A stretch of DNA of 64,000 bases from Lama guanicoe. Lineage: Eukaryota. The position numbers were made by a program, and so were the translations under genes. The notes under the pieces are model-generated. The model was not told the DNA's origin. It saw only the letters and a program-made list of their open reading frames with translations, and did no database searches. The stretch covers positions 25,174,433-25,238,432 of the forward strand of contig MU054187.1 in the NCBI GenBank assembly GCA_013239625.1. Direction: 5' to 3'. Positions within the stretch are counted from its first letter, which is position 1. Each line of letters opens with the position of its first letter. Positions 25,641 through 38,882 of the stretch are shown one piece after another.

Positions 25641-26624
25641 CCTTATATCCAGTGGGAATAGTAACTTTCTTTGTGCAGGTCTATCTTTGGAGTTAGAGAA
25701 AATTGCCTTAAATCAAGCAGGTCACAAGGCTGCTATTTTGTGCTGCAACAGTTAAGCTTTGCTTAGCCAATAGGAGGAAGGAGAGCTACTGATCTCAGTT
25801 AAATCTGAAGATGTGTGCAGACAGATAAACAGAGACATAATAAAGAGATTCTCAAAAAATTCAAACCTTGATAAGAGAAACAGAGGAAAATAAATATGCA
25901 TCCTCCAAACTTAGAAACAAGGTCTTCAAGATTTCCACTGAAGTTCTGAATTGTCTTTAAAGCCTCATGCTTTATCTTAAGAAGTTTTGGGCAATCTAAT
26001 TCGTGATCTATACAAGTTAGTTTTAATATAAAATATGCTGTAAACAAATGGCTAGTTCCATGGATTTGTAAGCCCTCTGGTAGGGGTAAACGTAACCCAT
26101 CATGAAAGTAAATTTACCCCGGTTTAATTGCATTAAGGTAACACTGCTGTAATAGAATACTCTTTCATATTAACTTACCTCATCAAATAATCCTCTGAGG
26201 TTCTTAAAGAGTTCTACAATAAAAACACTGCTGAATTTCAGCTTACTTTACAGATTGATGGAACCACAGGAGGTGTTACCTATGCTGTATACCATAACAT
26301 AGCTATGAGATTCTGTAAAATTTCACAGTGTAATAAAATTTAACACCACTCCATAAGACTATAAAATAGTTTACCTCAGTCTTTTCTGTGCCATGATAAA
26401 GCTACACATCTTCTCCCAAAGTATGTGAAGTAGTGTTTGATTAGCTAAAGATGGAATTAGTTTGTCAATGCTGTTGTTTTTCATCCAAAACAATAAGGAA
26501 ACCAAGTATAGCTACTTAGTAATTAATGCCATATTTTTTTCTCTCTTAGATATTTCTCTTTTCTCTGAAGATTTTTCTGACTCACAGGAAGTGTAAGGCA
26601 AAGGAGGCCACTTTGTGGAGGACT

Positions 26625-27062
26625 AAACCCTGCAAAAGATTTGTACATGAATGTTGAAAGCAGTTATGCATTATATCCAAAAACTAAAACATTCTCAATG
26701 CCAATTAATTCATGAATAGACAAACAAAAGTGGTATATCCACACCACGGAGTACTTCTGAGTAATAAAAATAAAGACATCATAAAATGACCATAAAAACG
26801 TTGTGCTGAGTGACAGAAACCAGACACTCAAGACTGTGTATTTTATAATTCCATTTATATGTACTATCCAGGAAAAGTATGTCTATATAGACAGAGAGTA
26901 GATTAGTGGTGGCCTAGTGCTGGGATGGGAAAGGGAAGTGAGTCCAAATGGGCACAAGGAACTGGAACAACTTGGAAATTTTACTAAAAATCATCGAATT
27001 GGACACTTAAAATGAGAGAATTTTAGGTAGGTAATTTAGACTTAAATAAGACTGTTTTAAAA
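26625..27062 (+). mobile_element. Old L1 (L1MB/L1ME-type) 3' end
   Basis: aaagatttgtacatgaatgtt..gtggtatatccacac..gctgagtgacagaaaccagacac..ataattccatttatatg. Confidence 0.75.
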
Positions 27063-27814
27063 ATTCTATTTCAAGAACCAACTCAAATGATATCTTCTCT
27101 AGGAAGTCTAGTCTCCTGTCCCAATCCTCCTTTGTCTACTGTATCTGTCATCCATGGAATCTATCATCATTGCATGAATTATTATGAATATTTTATCATT
27201 CCAGATTATAAGAAGAGAGACTACTTTTTCACATGATCAGTGCCTAGCATAGGGTCAGAAATAGAGTTTTTTCTCTATTTTCAAAAATCTAATAAAGCAC
27301 ACCTATTACATTTTAATTTAAATAAATTCATTTTAAAAGTTCAATATGGTGTGCATGAGGTCTCAGAAAACCTCTAGTTTGTGGGCACCATAGTTCACTG
27401 TAACAATAAAAAAATTAGGACAGTCTGTATACATTTAAACACTTTCATAATGAGGCTATTAAAAAACTGTTCTCCCAAGAAATAGAAATGATAGTCAGTT
27501 ATGAGAAAGAGTTATTGATTCTTATATTATAAAACACAGTTTATGAGTTATCACCTTTGTTGTTTTCATGTGTATTATTTCTTGAATTATAAATTGGATC
27601 TTACCAGAGTTTTAAATCTTTGTGATACCCAGTATAATGTGGAGATGAAAGCAATGGATGAGTCTCTATTCTTGTATCTCTGTAGGAGATGTTCTCTTAT
27701 TTTTAGATACCACCTGACTTCATGCAAAAGCTGGTACCAAATGTGTCCTTGAAATCCGTTGAAGCTAAACTATCTTATAATTAAACTGTAGAATGCTTCA
27801 AAATAATTTGCACA

Positions 27815-28641
27815 CAGTAGTCTACTTTACCCATGGTTTTGCTTTTCAGGGTTTCATTTATCCACAATCAATTGCAGTCTGAAACTATTAAATGACAAAT
27901 TCCAGAAATAAGCAATCTGTAAGCTTTAAATTGCTCATTAGTATGAGTAACATGGTGAAATCTCATGCTGTACAGCTCCCTCCTGCCTGAAATATAAATC
28001 ATCCCTTTGTGTATCCCGCCCCTTAGTCACTTAATCTTCTCCTTTATCAGACTGACTTATCTTGGTAATCACGGTTCTTGTATCCAAACAACCCTTATTT
28101 TACTTAATAATGGTCACAAAGTTCAAGAGTGGTGATACTGGCAATTCAGATATGCCAAAGAGAAGCTGTAAAGTGCTTTCTTTAAGTGAAAAGGTGAAAG
28201 TTCTAGACGTAATGAGAAAAAAAATTGTATGCTGAGGTTGCTAAAATCTACAGTAAGAGTGAATCTTCTTTTTGTTGTGAAGAAAGAAAAAGAAATTCAT
28301 GCCAATTTTGGTGTCGTACTTCATGCTGCAAAAATTATGGCCACAGTGCATGATAAGTGCTCAGTTAAGATGGGAAAGGAATTAAATTTGTGCAATAAGA
28401 TATTCTGACAAGAGAGAAACCACATTCATGTAACCTTAACTATAACATATTGCTTATAATTGTTTTATTTTGATACTTAATGCTTTTAAGCTTTTACTGT
28501 GCCTAATTTATAAATTAAAGTTTATCATAAGTCTGCATGTATAGAATAAAATATAGAGTATATATAGAGTTTGGTACCATCCATGGTTTTAGGTTTCAGG
28601 GGACCTTGGAATGTAACCTCCGTGGATAAGGGACACTACTA
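27815..28641 (+). mobile_element. Tigger7/MER44-type TcMar DNA transposon, internally deleted
   Basis: Degenerate terminal inverted repeats cagtagtctactttacccatgg / ccgtggataagggacactact. Transposase start MPKRSCKVLSLSEKVKVLDVM from atg at ~28152. Confidence 0.88.
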
Positions 28642-28693
28642 GACATTGTGATCTGTTTGAGTATTTGTTCTTTTGTTTGTCAGCCTCAAATTA

Positions 28694-28882
28694 CAGCACA
28701 GGTTTCAAACTTTATCAGGCATTAGCATCACCAGGCTGGAGGGCTGACAAATTGGACTATTGGACACTTACACTCAGAGCTCATGATTCAGTATGTCTGT
28801 GGTCCTGTGAATTTTCATTTTTAACAAGTTTCTAGGAGATGCTGATGCTGCCAGTCTAAAGTCTACATTTGAGATCCTCTGC
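28694..28882. mobile_element. MER5A hAT MITE
   Basis: tttcaaacttt..gcattagcatcacc..catttttaacaagtttctaggagatgctgatgctgc..catttgaga. Confidence 0.8.
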
Positions 28883-29704
28883 TTTGCATTGATCATTTAA
28901 ATTCCTATTGTAAGCATACTTACAACTGTAAATGCTGTTTTTCTTAGTAATATTAGTCATTCATTTTGGGGTTTAGGGGATGGGAGCTCTTTTCATTTCC
29001 TTCAGTAGAGATTTCTGATAACAGACACTGATGGCATAAGCACCCATCCAAACAGAGAGAGGACCATAGGCCAAGTACCTGGAATCCATCAGTGACTCTA
29101 ATTCTTGTCACTCTAGCTGCAGTGTGTGCAGAGAATAGTGGCATATCTCACACAAGCATGGTGTCTTGAAATAAAACTCTCAGAGGGCAGTGTCAGGGGA
29201 TTATCTCTAAGATGTGTAAAAGTTACCTTCAAAGAAAAGCTTTTATAATGTATAATATTCTGAAAACTTTCCATCCACACTACCTTTCTAGAAGAATCAG
29301 AGCTCTTAGTCTCAACTTTGTTTTAGATGAGTTTCTTGTAAGAGTGCAAAGTCTCTTGACCTATGATTTTCCAGGAACATAGATGAAAACATAATTTTGA
29401 AGGAAGCCACTGAAACTTCAGTTAAGCTTATGGTATCTTTTATTTCATTATGGACATAAATTTCATTGCATTTGGTTAGTGTTACTCATCATATTCACAT
29501 CTTATCCAGTTAAATCAAGTAAGGTTATATATTTGAAAGAGGCCAGAAAGAGCTCAATACTGCTGTAAAAGCGTGCTGGTCATAGTTGTTATTATTATTA
29601 TTTTCATTCTGTGAATAAAAGAACTGAATAAAGTGTTTAATACCAATAATTTCTCAGGGTTCTGAATTTGATGAAGATAATGATAAAAAAATTTCACCAT
29701 TTCT

Positions 29705-29850
29705 TGCGTGGTAAGATGCAGTGGGTAAGCTTTGCCTTTGAAAACATTACAGACTTAGGTTCCCAAATAGATGACGTATCCCTCATACATGTGAGGATCT
29801 GGACAAACTACTTAGTCTCTATGAGCCTGATTCACTGTGCTTATTGCAAA
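29705..29850 (+). mobile_element. MIR fragment
   Basis: cagacttaggttccc..tgtgaggatctggacaaactacttagtctctatgagcct. Confidence 0.55.
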
Positions 29851-30197
29851 GATAGCAGAGATGTTGTTAATGATAGCAACTATTGAGAAAGACAGGATTA
29901 AATAAAATAAAGTTTGTAAAAAGTACACTTGTTGTAACTTTGTGAACGTATTAGAAACTACTAAATTTTATATTTTAAAAGGGTGAAATTTTTGACATGT
30001 GATTTATATCTCAATTTTAAAAATACGTAACAAAGTGCCTGGCATAGAGCATCACTCAAAAAACTTTCTTCCTTTTACTGTGTAGTTATTACTGTCTAAT
30101 AATCAGGCAATGGTAACCACAGTGTACAAACAGCTAAATGGCATAAATTGCAATTAGGATCTGATTTGGTAGAATACTGGTGGGAGCTTTAAATCAT

Positions 30198-30514
30198 TGC
30201 TATAGTAGAATGTATCCACTCGTAATTCATATGTTGAAATCCTAACCCTCAAAGTGGGGCTTTTGGGAGTTGCTTAAGTCATGAAGGTCGAAACCTGTGT
30301 GAGATTAGTGCCCTACAAAAGAGATCCCAGAGACTTTCTAGCTCCCTTCCACCATGTAAGGATAAAATGAAAATGAGGCCACCTAGAAGGGGGTCTTCAT
30401 GCTGGCACCCTGATCTTGAACTTCCAATCTCTGGACTTTACAGTTTAAAGTTTTTACAGTTTAAAGGCTGCCTAGAGTGTGGCATCTTGTTGTAGAATCC
30501 TGAACTGACAAACA
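30198..30514 (+). mobile_element. MLT1A-type MaLR solo LTR
   Basis: tgctatagtagaatgt..aattcatatgttgaaatcctaaccc..ggcaccctgatcttgaacttcca..tgaactgacaaaca. Confidence 0.85.
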
Positions 30515-30818
30515 AGAGTAAGCATTTGTTAGGGGTATATGGTAAAAAGTGTAAGACTGGATACAGGTATCTTTATTTCTTTTTCAAATAACACAAATAC
30601 AATAGAAAAGGAATACAAATGATATAAATCCACAAAGACAGAGAACAGAATAGGAAACAACAAACAAGAAATGTCATTTTTTTTAAAGATTGAAAGTTGA
30701 AATTTTATGCAAGAAAAGGATAACTGGATTTTGAGGTCCTGGGTAATTTTGGACAGATTTGGGATAAGGGGTGAAACTGAACATGGGACTGACTTTAAAT
30801 CTACATGGTGAATAGTTA

Positions 30819-31881
30819 TTTTTTTAATTTTCAAAAAAATTTATAATTAAGGTAACTGATTTATAACAATATATAAGTTTTAAATGTAAACTGTTGTATT
30901 TCTACTTCTGTGTAACCTACATTGCTTACCACCAAAAATATATTTTCTATCCATTACCATACAGTTAATCCCCTTTACCCATTTCACTCTCCCCCTGGCC
31001 CTTCCTCTCTGGTAACACTACTCTGTTCTCTATATCTAAAATTCATTTTCAGTTTGGTTTGGTTTATTTATTTTGTTTATTTGTTCATTTTTTGGTTTTA
31101 TTAATTTTTATATTCTACACAAGCAAAATCATATGGTATTTGTCTTTCTCCATCTGACTTATCTCACTTAGCATAACACCCTCAAGATCCATCCATGTTG
31201 TAGCAAATGGCAGGATTTCACCTTTTGTATAGTTGAGTAATATTCCTGTGTGTGTGTGTGTGTACTACATCTTCTTTATCCATTTACCCGTGGCTGGGCA
31301 TTTACATGTTTTCCATATCTTAGCGATTGTACATAATGTTGTGATTAACATAGGGATGCAGATATCTTTTTGGATTAGTGTTTTCATTTTCTTCAAATAA
31401 ATACTCAAGTGTGTAATTGCTGGATCATATGGTATTTTTTAAGATTTTGAGGAATCTCTGTACTGTTTTCCACAGTGGCTTCATCAATTTAAAGTCCCAC
31501 CAACAGTTTATAAGGATTCCCTTTCCTCTACATTCTTATCAACACTTGTTATTTGTTGTCCTTTTGATAATAGTCATTCTGACAGATGTGAGATGATAGC
31601 TCTCTGTAGTGCTTGATTTTCATTTCTTTAATAATTTTTGTGTATGATCTGAGGGAGAGGTCTAGTTTCCTTTTTTTTGCATGTGGCAATCCAGGTTTCC
31701 CAATACCATTTATTGAAGGGACTATCCTTTCCTGTATGTTTTTTGCTCCTCTGCCATAAATTAATTGTCCTTTATATGCATGGGTTTATTTCTGGGTTCT
31801 CAACTCTGTTCCTTTGATCTATATATCTGGTTTCCTTCCAGTACCATGCTGTTTTGATTCCTATAGCTTTGTAGTGTAGTT
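30819..31881 (-). mobile_element. L1 3' part with internal deletion, inserted into HAL1
   Basis: Antisense L1 3'UTR and ORF2 C-terminus. Flanks tacatggtgaatagtta (30802-30818) / tacatatagaatagtta (31882-31898). Confidence 0.85.
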
Positions 31882-32404
31882 TACATATAGAATAGTTAGA
31901 ATTCAGTATTCTATCTCTTACTGTTCACTCAGACTACAAACCCCTTTCCAACTGTAGAGGGAGAGAGGAGGTTTATTCCCTGGAAAAAATAAACTAGTGA
32001 GACCCCCCACACTTGGTGATACAAGACAGATTAGAAGGAAAAGGAAAAAGGACAGGCTGAAAACAGGAAGAGTGATGAGAAATTGGCTTCAGAGTAAAAA
32101 ATCTAATTTCCCTCTTTTCTAGATTTTCAGAAAGCTGTAATCCAGGTTATACTTCCTTCTCCCTAGCTCTAGTAGGTAGAATATTGTATGAATCCTCTGG
32201 AGACACTAGGATGTCTCCTACCTGAAGCGTCTGTATACAGACACACCTCCACACAGTCATCCTACTGAAAGCCTCCTCACACCTGCTAAGTATGTGTTAC
32301 CATTTCAGAGCCTCACTCGAAAGGATGGTTAAGGATACTCAGATATATGACTAGCTTGTGTAAACTGGAAGACAAGTCCAAAACAAAACAGAAAGCTTAT
32401 CACA

Positions 32405-32790
32405 ATTAGTGAGGATAGTTAAGTTTATGCTATGAAACAAATGATCTCAAAATTCCTGTGGTATAAAATAACAATGGTTCATTTTTCACTCCTGCCGCAA
32501 GTTTACCATGGGTTGGTAGGTCAGTTCTGCACATTCAATTTGCTCAGTGACTTAGACTTACAGAGAAGTCAACCTTCTCAAACTTGGCCAATCATCATGA
32601 CAGAGACTGATGGGAAACAACTCTAGAGGGCCTGGAATAGGTAGTTAAGTTCTCTGGCCTGAAAGTGGCACAGATTCCTGGCCTGAACTAGTCATGTGGG
32701 CCCACTCAGCAATAAATGGTCTGAAAGCACAATATTACCATGTGCTTATAATGCAGAGATATAAAAATATCAATGAGTTATACTAGGGAC
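32405..32790 (-). mobile_element. Old MLT1-type LTR
   Basis: ttagtgaggatagttaagtttatgctatgaaacaaa..aaggtt-like tract..ttcctggcctgaactagtcatgtgggccc. Confidence 0.55.
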
Positions 32791-34221
32791 AATGACAAAA
32801 ATAAAATAAGTAATTCATGGAGCAGAGCAAATTTTTAAGAAGAGCTATCATTAACCCTATACTTAAATATATTTAAAAGTATTATGTCCACAAAACAAGA
32901 AGTGAATGTTATTTTTTTAAGTCTAAGAACGTAAAATTTCTCTTGGAAATATATATGTATATTTCCAGAAAATACAAAAACTCAATAGTGTTGGAAAATA
33001 AACTTAGAAATATCTTAGAAGATGTAATGCAAGGAAAAAGAAATGGAAACGAGGAGGCTATGCTTAAGAAAATAAAGTACTTTAATTTTTACTTTGATGA
33101 GTAAGATTTCCTGAAAGACATGCCAAGAACAAAGAAGGCAAGAAGTTATCAAATTAGGAATTCAGCAGAATGTCCTATGACATGCGTTTCAGACTGTAAA
33201 AGCCCACCAACTGTAAGATGAATAAAGACCCACACACAAGGCAACTTTGCCTACACAGAATCATTCCTACCTTTCTAAGTTCTTTCTTAGAATAAAATCT
33301 GGAAATTGTTTCTCATGCTTTCTTACCTATGGATTTCTGTTAGTTTTACCAATGAAACCTACTCACAAGAGACTTGGAAGGAAGAAGAAAAGGAAAAACC
33401 ATTTTTGTGGTCACTAACTGGGGAGAGGCTCATGGGTATTGGCAATGTGGAATTTTGACGCAGTTTTGGATTCCTCTTGAAAACTATCTACTTTGGGGCT
33501 ACGGAAAGATGAGATCAATAGCTGCTTCCCTCCTGCAAGAACTGCACTTCCTCATTCTCATTCCCAAGGTGTGTAAACTTATTGTATTAAACTTATTCCT
33601 ACTTGAAATACCTAGCGATACCTAGAAAATGTAGAGTATTTGACTGTATTGTCCTGAACAACCATGATGATTATACTACATTATAGTGAAATTTCCAAAG
33701 AATAAGGAAAAAGAGACAAATCCTACAAGTTTATGGGAATGGCATGAGAGAGAATATCATTCCAAATATTAGTATCAGAATGCCCTCAAATGCACAACTT
33801 TGGATTCTAAAATTAAATGGAGTAGCACCTTCAAAATGCTCAGACAAAATTATTTACAACCTACAATGTGTAATTCTTAGACAATATTCTTGGATAAAAT
33901 GACTTATAACTCAAAAAGTTACTGTTGAGGACCCAGTTGGAGTCTGTGCCCTGCAAAGACAAGGAGGACACTGAGGATGAGAAAGACTAGGAGTTGGGGA
34001 TGAAGTGCAGGAAAGAGAGGAAAGAAAATTCCTCTCTTGTATTATCCCTAAGATAATAATGAAGTGTTACAAATACTAACAGGACTAGAGAACAAAGAAT
34101 CTACATTTGAAGAAACATGCTCTAAAGAGTTCCTTTCAAAAGAAAAATACCTAATATATTTAATAATAGTGAAAACAGTAGTATCATTCCACAAAATAGT
34201 TTGGAAAAGAAGTAATGTTAC

Positions 34222-34618
34222 TGTGGCAAATCACATTATTTATTTAACAATTCTTGATGTGTTTCCCTGATACTCTTCCCTATGGAAAGAGTACATTTTT
34301 TGCATTACTGATGTCAGAAATGGCCATGTGACCTCCTTTGGCAAATAGAATGACAGCAAAATTAGTATAGTAAATTCTGTTCATAAGTTTTAAGAGTCAT
34401 CACTTGTTTTTCCATTTGCTGTTTTCTGTCTCCTAGCAGGTCCTAGATAAGGACCAGTTTCTTCATCCTGCATCCTAGAAAATGGGAACCTGGAGGAGAC
34501 TGGTAGCCATCTGAAGTTGAAGAGAACAGGAAGAAATAAATCTCTGTTGTCGTAATTGTCTAGAATTCAGAGGTCATTTTTTACCTTAACATAATTTAGC
34601 CTAAGTTGGTTAAGTATA
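34222..34618 (+). mobile_element. Old MLT1-type LTR
   Basis: tgtggcaaatc..ggccatgtgacctcctttggcaaatagaatg..gaagaaataaatctctgttgt..cataatttagcctaag. Confidence 0.65.
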
Positions 34619-34719
34619 TAGAAAACCAAACAAAAACAGTATTAATGCCAGGGCAGACAAACAGTTACACAAGAAATGAAATGAATAGAGTGAATTATGT
34701 GATTCAAATATGAGCAATT

Positions 34720-35420
34720 CATTTCTTTAACAAATATGTAATTAGCACCTATTACGTGCCAGATATTATTTTAGACACTAGGAGTAGAAAAGTGTATTAA
34801 ATATACAATATTCAACATTGTTATCCTTGCGGAGCTTACTAGATTGTGTGGATACTGACAATAAACAAATATCAGGTACATTTATAAGTATCAAGTATAT
34901 TTTATGCAAGGTGTAACACATGAACTGATACTTAACAGAAGTAAGAGATTGAGTCATCAGATATCTGAAGTAAGAGTCTTTTAGGAAAGGAAAGAAGTAT
35001 AGAGGTATTGAGGGGGAAGAGTATTGAGGGGGAAGTACATTTGGCATTTTTGAGAAATACCATGCAGGCCAGCATGGCTGGAAGATGGTGATGAGAGTGA
35101 CCCCCCAAAATGATGTGAATTTAGAGAGGCAGGATAAGGCCTCCAGTTCTGAAACTTGAATCTGAAAGGCCATTGCAAGTACCTTGACTTTTACTTTGAA
35201 TGGATAGGAAGCCATTGGTCTTTAGCAAAAATCTGTCAGGTTCTGATTTTAGAATTTTAAAGCTCACTCAGACAGCTCCATTGAAAATTGTCTAGATGTG
35301 GACAAGAGCAAAAGCAGTGAGACTAATTAGTAGGTTATTGTAATAATTTAGCAAGGGTTGAAGATGTCTTGGGCTTGGGATATAGTCATACAAGTGATGA
35401 GAAGTAGATAGTTTTTTAAA
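34720..35420 (-). mobile_element. L2 (L2a-like) 3' region
   Basis: ttcatttctttaacaaatatgtaattagcacctattacgtgccag..gactttta ctttgaatggataggaagccattgg. Confidence 0.8.
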
Positions 35421-35559
35421 TATATTTGGAACAGACAGCATTATTATGACTACAGAACAATATAGTATAAAATAATGTAAACACTGAATGCTGATTTAAA
35501 ACAAAATAGCAATATAAATTCATTGAGAAAAAAGACATCTGTGTATGGATATGTGTGTG

Positions 35560-36390
35560 TCTCACCACTCCCACCAGTCATAATGTATCATTCAAAAGTC
35601 CATGAATGATAAACGATGGGGAGGTTACGAAGAAAATGGAACCCTCTTACACTGCTGGTGGGAATGTAGTTTGGTGCAACCATTAAGGAAAACAGTATGG
35701 AGATTCCTCAAAAAACTAAAAATAGACTTGCCATGTGATCCAGCAATCCCACTTCTGGGCATATATCTGGAGGGAACTCTAATTTGAAAAGATACATGCA
35801 CCCTGATTTTCCTAGCAGCACTATTTACAATAGCCAAGACATGGAAGCAACCTAAATGTCCACTGACAGATGACTGGATAAAGAAGCTATGGTATATCTA
35901 CACAATGGAATACTACTCAGTCATAAAAAAGAATAAAATAATGCCATTTGCAGCAACATAGATGGACCCAGAGACAGTCATTCTAAGTGAAGTAAGCCAG
36001 AAAGAGAAAGAAAAATACCATATGATATCATTCATGTAGAATCTAAAAAAAAAAAGAAAAGAAAAAGACACTATGAATTCATCTACAAAACAGAAATAGG
36101 CTTACAGACATAGTAAACAATCTTATGGTTACTGGGGAAAATGGGTGAGAAGGGATAAATTTGGGAGATTGAGATTTGCAAATGTTAGCCACTATATATA
36201 AAAATAGATTAAAGAAACAAATTTCTTCTGTATAGCACAGGGAACTATATTCAATATCTTGTAATAACCGTTAATGAAAAGGAATATGGAAGTGAATATC
36301 TGTATGTATATGCATGATTGGGACACTGGGCTGTACACCAGAAATTGACATATTGTAACTGTACTGCAATTAAAAAAATACAATAAAAGA
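35560..36390 (+). mobile_element. 5'-truncated L1 3' end
   Basis: ORF2 C-terminus [43 protein letters not shown] (ORF 35602-35787), 3'UTR and A-rich tail. Confidence 0.92.
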
Positions 36391-36970
36391 AGTAAATTCT
36401 CTTATTTTAAAGCTGGTAGTCAATATTTATCTAAATCTAAAACTGAAAAATCAAGACACAGCACTGTAAACATAGTATGTAGTAACACGGAGATAAAATC
36501 CCAAGAGGAACAAGAAGGGTTTTCCTTTGGAAAATGGGGAATGGAGTTGGGATCAAGTAAGTGAGATGTTGGAGGCTGTTTTTTTGATAAGCCTTACAGT
36601 ATTATTTGACATGTAAATCTATGTGCATGTGTGACTTTGACAAAAATAGAAATAAACTTTAAAAATTCACAAATATTTTAAGAAAATACTAACATCTAAA
36701 ATGTAAAGAACAGTATATAAGAACAAGGATGAAAATGAAGAATTAAACAAAATGACAGAAGTTTTGTTCTCAAAGTTTAATCTTTATTACTTAGAAGTCA
36801 AGTTCAGCAGCTATTACAGAGGCCCCAAAATAAGATACAAGTTTAATTTTTCCCCATGCAACATTCTTAAAACAAACAATTCAAAGCTGTATTGGAGAAC
36901 TCAAGGTTTCAGGAAACCAGAATCCTTCTAACTTATTCTACCATCAATATCCAAGTTAACCTTGACTTTT

Positions 36971-37293
36971 TTTTAAATTTTATTTTATTGAGTTATAGTC
37001 AGTTTACAATGTTGTGTCCATTTCCAGTGTAGAGCACAATTTTTCAGTTATACATAAACATACATATATTCATTGTTGCATACTTTTTCACTGTGAGCTA
37101 CCATAAGATCTTGTACACATTTCCCTGTGCTACACAGTATAATTTTGTTTATCTATTCTATATGTACCTGTCAGTACCTACAAATTTCAAACTCCCAGTC
37201 TGTCCTTTCTCACCCCTCTCCCCACTGGCAATAACAAGTTTGTATTCTATGTCTATGAGTCTGTTTCTATTTTATATTTATGTGCATTTGTCT

Positions 37294-37324
<31 letters not shown>

Positions 37325-37546
37325 GTTTCCTCTCTTATTTTTTTTTTTTTTTTTTTTTTTAGATTCCACATATGAGCAATCTCATATGATATTTTTCTTT
37401 CTCTTTCTGGCTTACTTCACTTAGAATGACATTCTCCAGGGACATCCATGTTGCTGCAAATGGTGTTATGTTGTCATTTTTATGGCTGAATAGTATTCCA
37501 TTATATAAATATTGTTTCCATATAGTTGTTCATAATATTCTCATAT
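36971..37546 (-). mobile_element. Young L1 3' end with a 35-nt upstream-ORF2 segment at its 5' junction
   Basis: Same 3'UTR type as 10451-10960. Perfect TSD ccttgactttt at 36960-36970 and 37547-37557. Confidence 0.9.
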
Positions 37547-38346
37547 CCTTGACTTTTGAAAATGTGTTTTGGATTTTGTGCTCAGCCCTTGTAAGATTTC
37601 TTGTGGAAAAGCAGCAGCAGCACAATGGTGGAATGAATGTGGGCTTCCTACATCGGCTAATGTGACTTAAATTTTCTGTATGTTGTTATTCTATATTCCA
37701 TTTATGTTTACTCCCTATGTTATGTTATTCCATATTCCCCTTATGCTTTACTTCTTGATTTTACCTGGTAGTTTTTTTTTTTAATTTCTAAGGTGTTTGT
37801 AACTGATGGATACAAAGCTTTTATTTCCTTGATCCCTAAAAAAGTATACTGTCAACCCAAATATACTTAAAAGTCTAAATCATATGACAACAGAGACTCT
37901 CATCTCCCCTTATCAATTCTCTACCAGGTACGTAGCTTGGACAGCTGCACACAGAGTGCCATGAACAACTTCTTTGGCTTTTGATGTTTGTTATTATCTG
38001 ACCCAGGTATATGGGCCTCTGCCATTTCCGTGAAAACCTGAGAGCTGTTGTTGAGACTCTGAAGTGGGGGTGATTAACTTGTACATCTTTTCTAATCCAT
38101 AAACAAACTTTAAAACAGATGAGTTTCCTGGCCTAGGTCATAATTTTTTTAATCTCCATTTATTGTCCATTTGAAACAGAGGCAACTAGCAGTATACTAT
38201 CCATGCTCCTTAGTTGTACCTTAAAACCATTTGTTTCAAAGTATTATCAGTCATTGCTATAGGTTAGATTTTAATTTCATAAGAATTTGATTGTCATTCT
38301 GTCAACAAAATATTGTTAGTGGGCTTTATAAAAATAAATCCTTATT

Positions 38347-38780
38347 GTGGCATGTTTCTATAGCAATTCTTTCAATAAAACACACCTCCCAATATCCATG
38401 CTCTGATGTAATGCACTTCCACAGTGATGCTGAGCTCAGCCATGTGACTTCCTTTGGCCAGCAGGACACTGGCAAATATGATACAAGCAGAGACTTGAGA
38501 AATTCTTGTGCACTACGTCTGGTTCTTTCTTGCTACCTTGGAACTACCATGGCCTAACTAAGTCTAGGCTATCCTACTGGGAAATGAGACACATGGAGCA
38601 CAGATAGAACATCCCAGCTGAAGGTTTCTAGACCACTTCCCAGCTGGCCACAGCTGCGATGATATGCAGGATAACTGAATCCAGTTCAGTTGGACCTACA
38701 AAATCATGAGCAAATAAGATGGATTACATGTTAAGACACTAAATTTTGGCATGGCTTGTTACACAGCAACAGATAACTTA
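38347..38780 (+). mobile_element. MLT1-type MaLR LTR
   Basis: ctgagctcagccatgtgacttcctttggcca..aaatcatgagcaaataa..cactaaattttggcatggcttgttacacagcaacagataac. Confidence 0.75.
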
Positions 38781-38882
38781 GTTTTTTTACTATAAGAAAA
38801 GTCTTGCTGAGAGAGGAATCTTGAGATAATTTTCATAATCCTGGTATTTCTGTAGGTAGTGGTTTCAAACACTTTTTCTCTA

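Larger units (their letters stand above)
30560..36665 (+). mobile_element. HAL1 (ORF1-only L1-like element), fragmented by nested insertions
   Basis: HAL1-like 5' region (ataaatccacaaagacagagaac, ~30625). Decayed ORF1-like sequence at ~32800-33900 (caaatcctacaag..atcagaatgccctca..ttcaaaatgctcagacaaaattatttacaacctacaat). No ORF2. HAL1-type tail tatttgacatgtaaatctatgtgcatgtgtgactttgacaaaaat at ~36600-36665. Confidence 0.6.
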
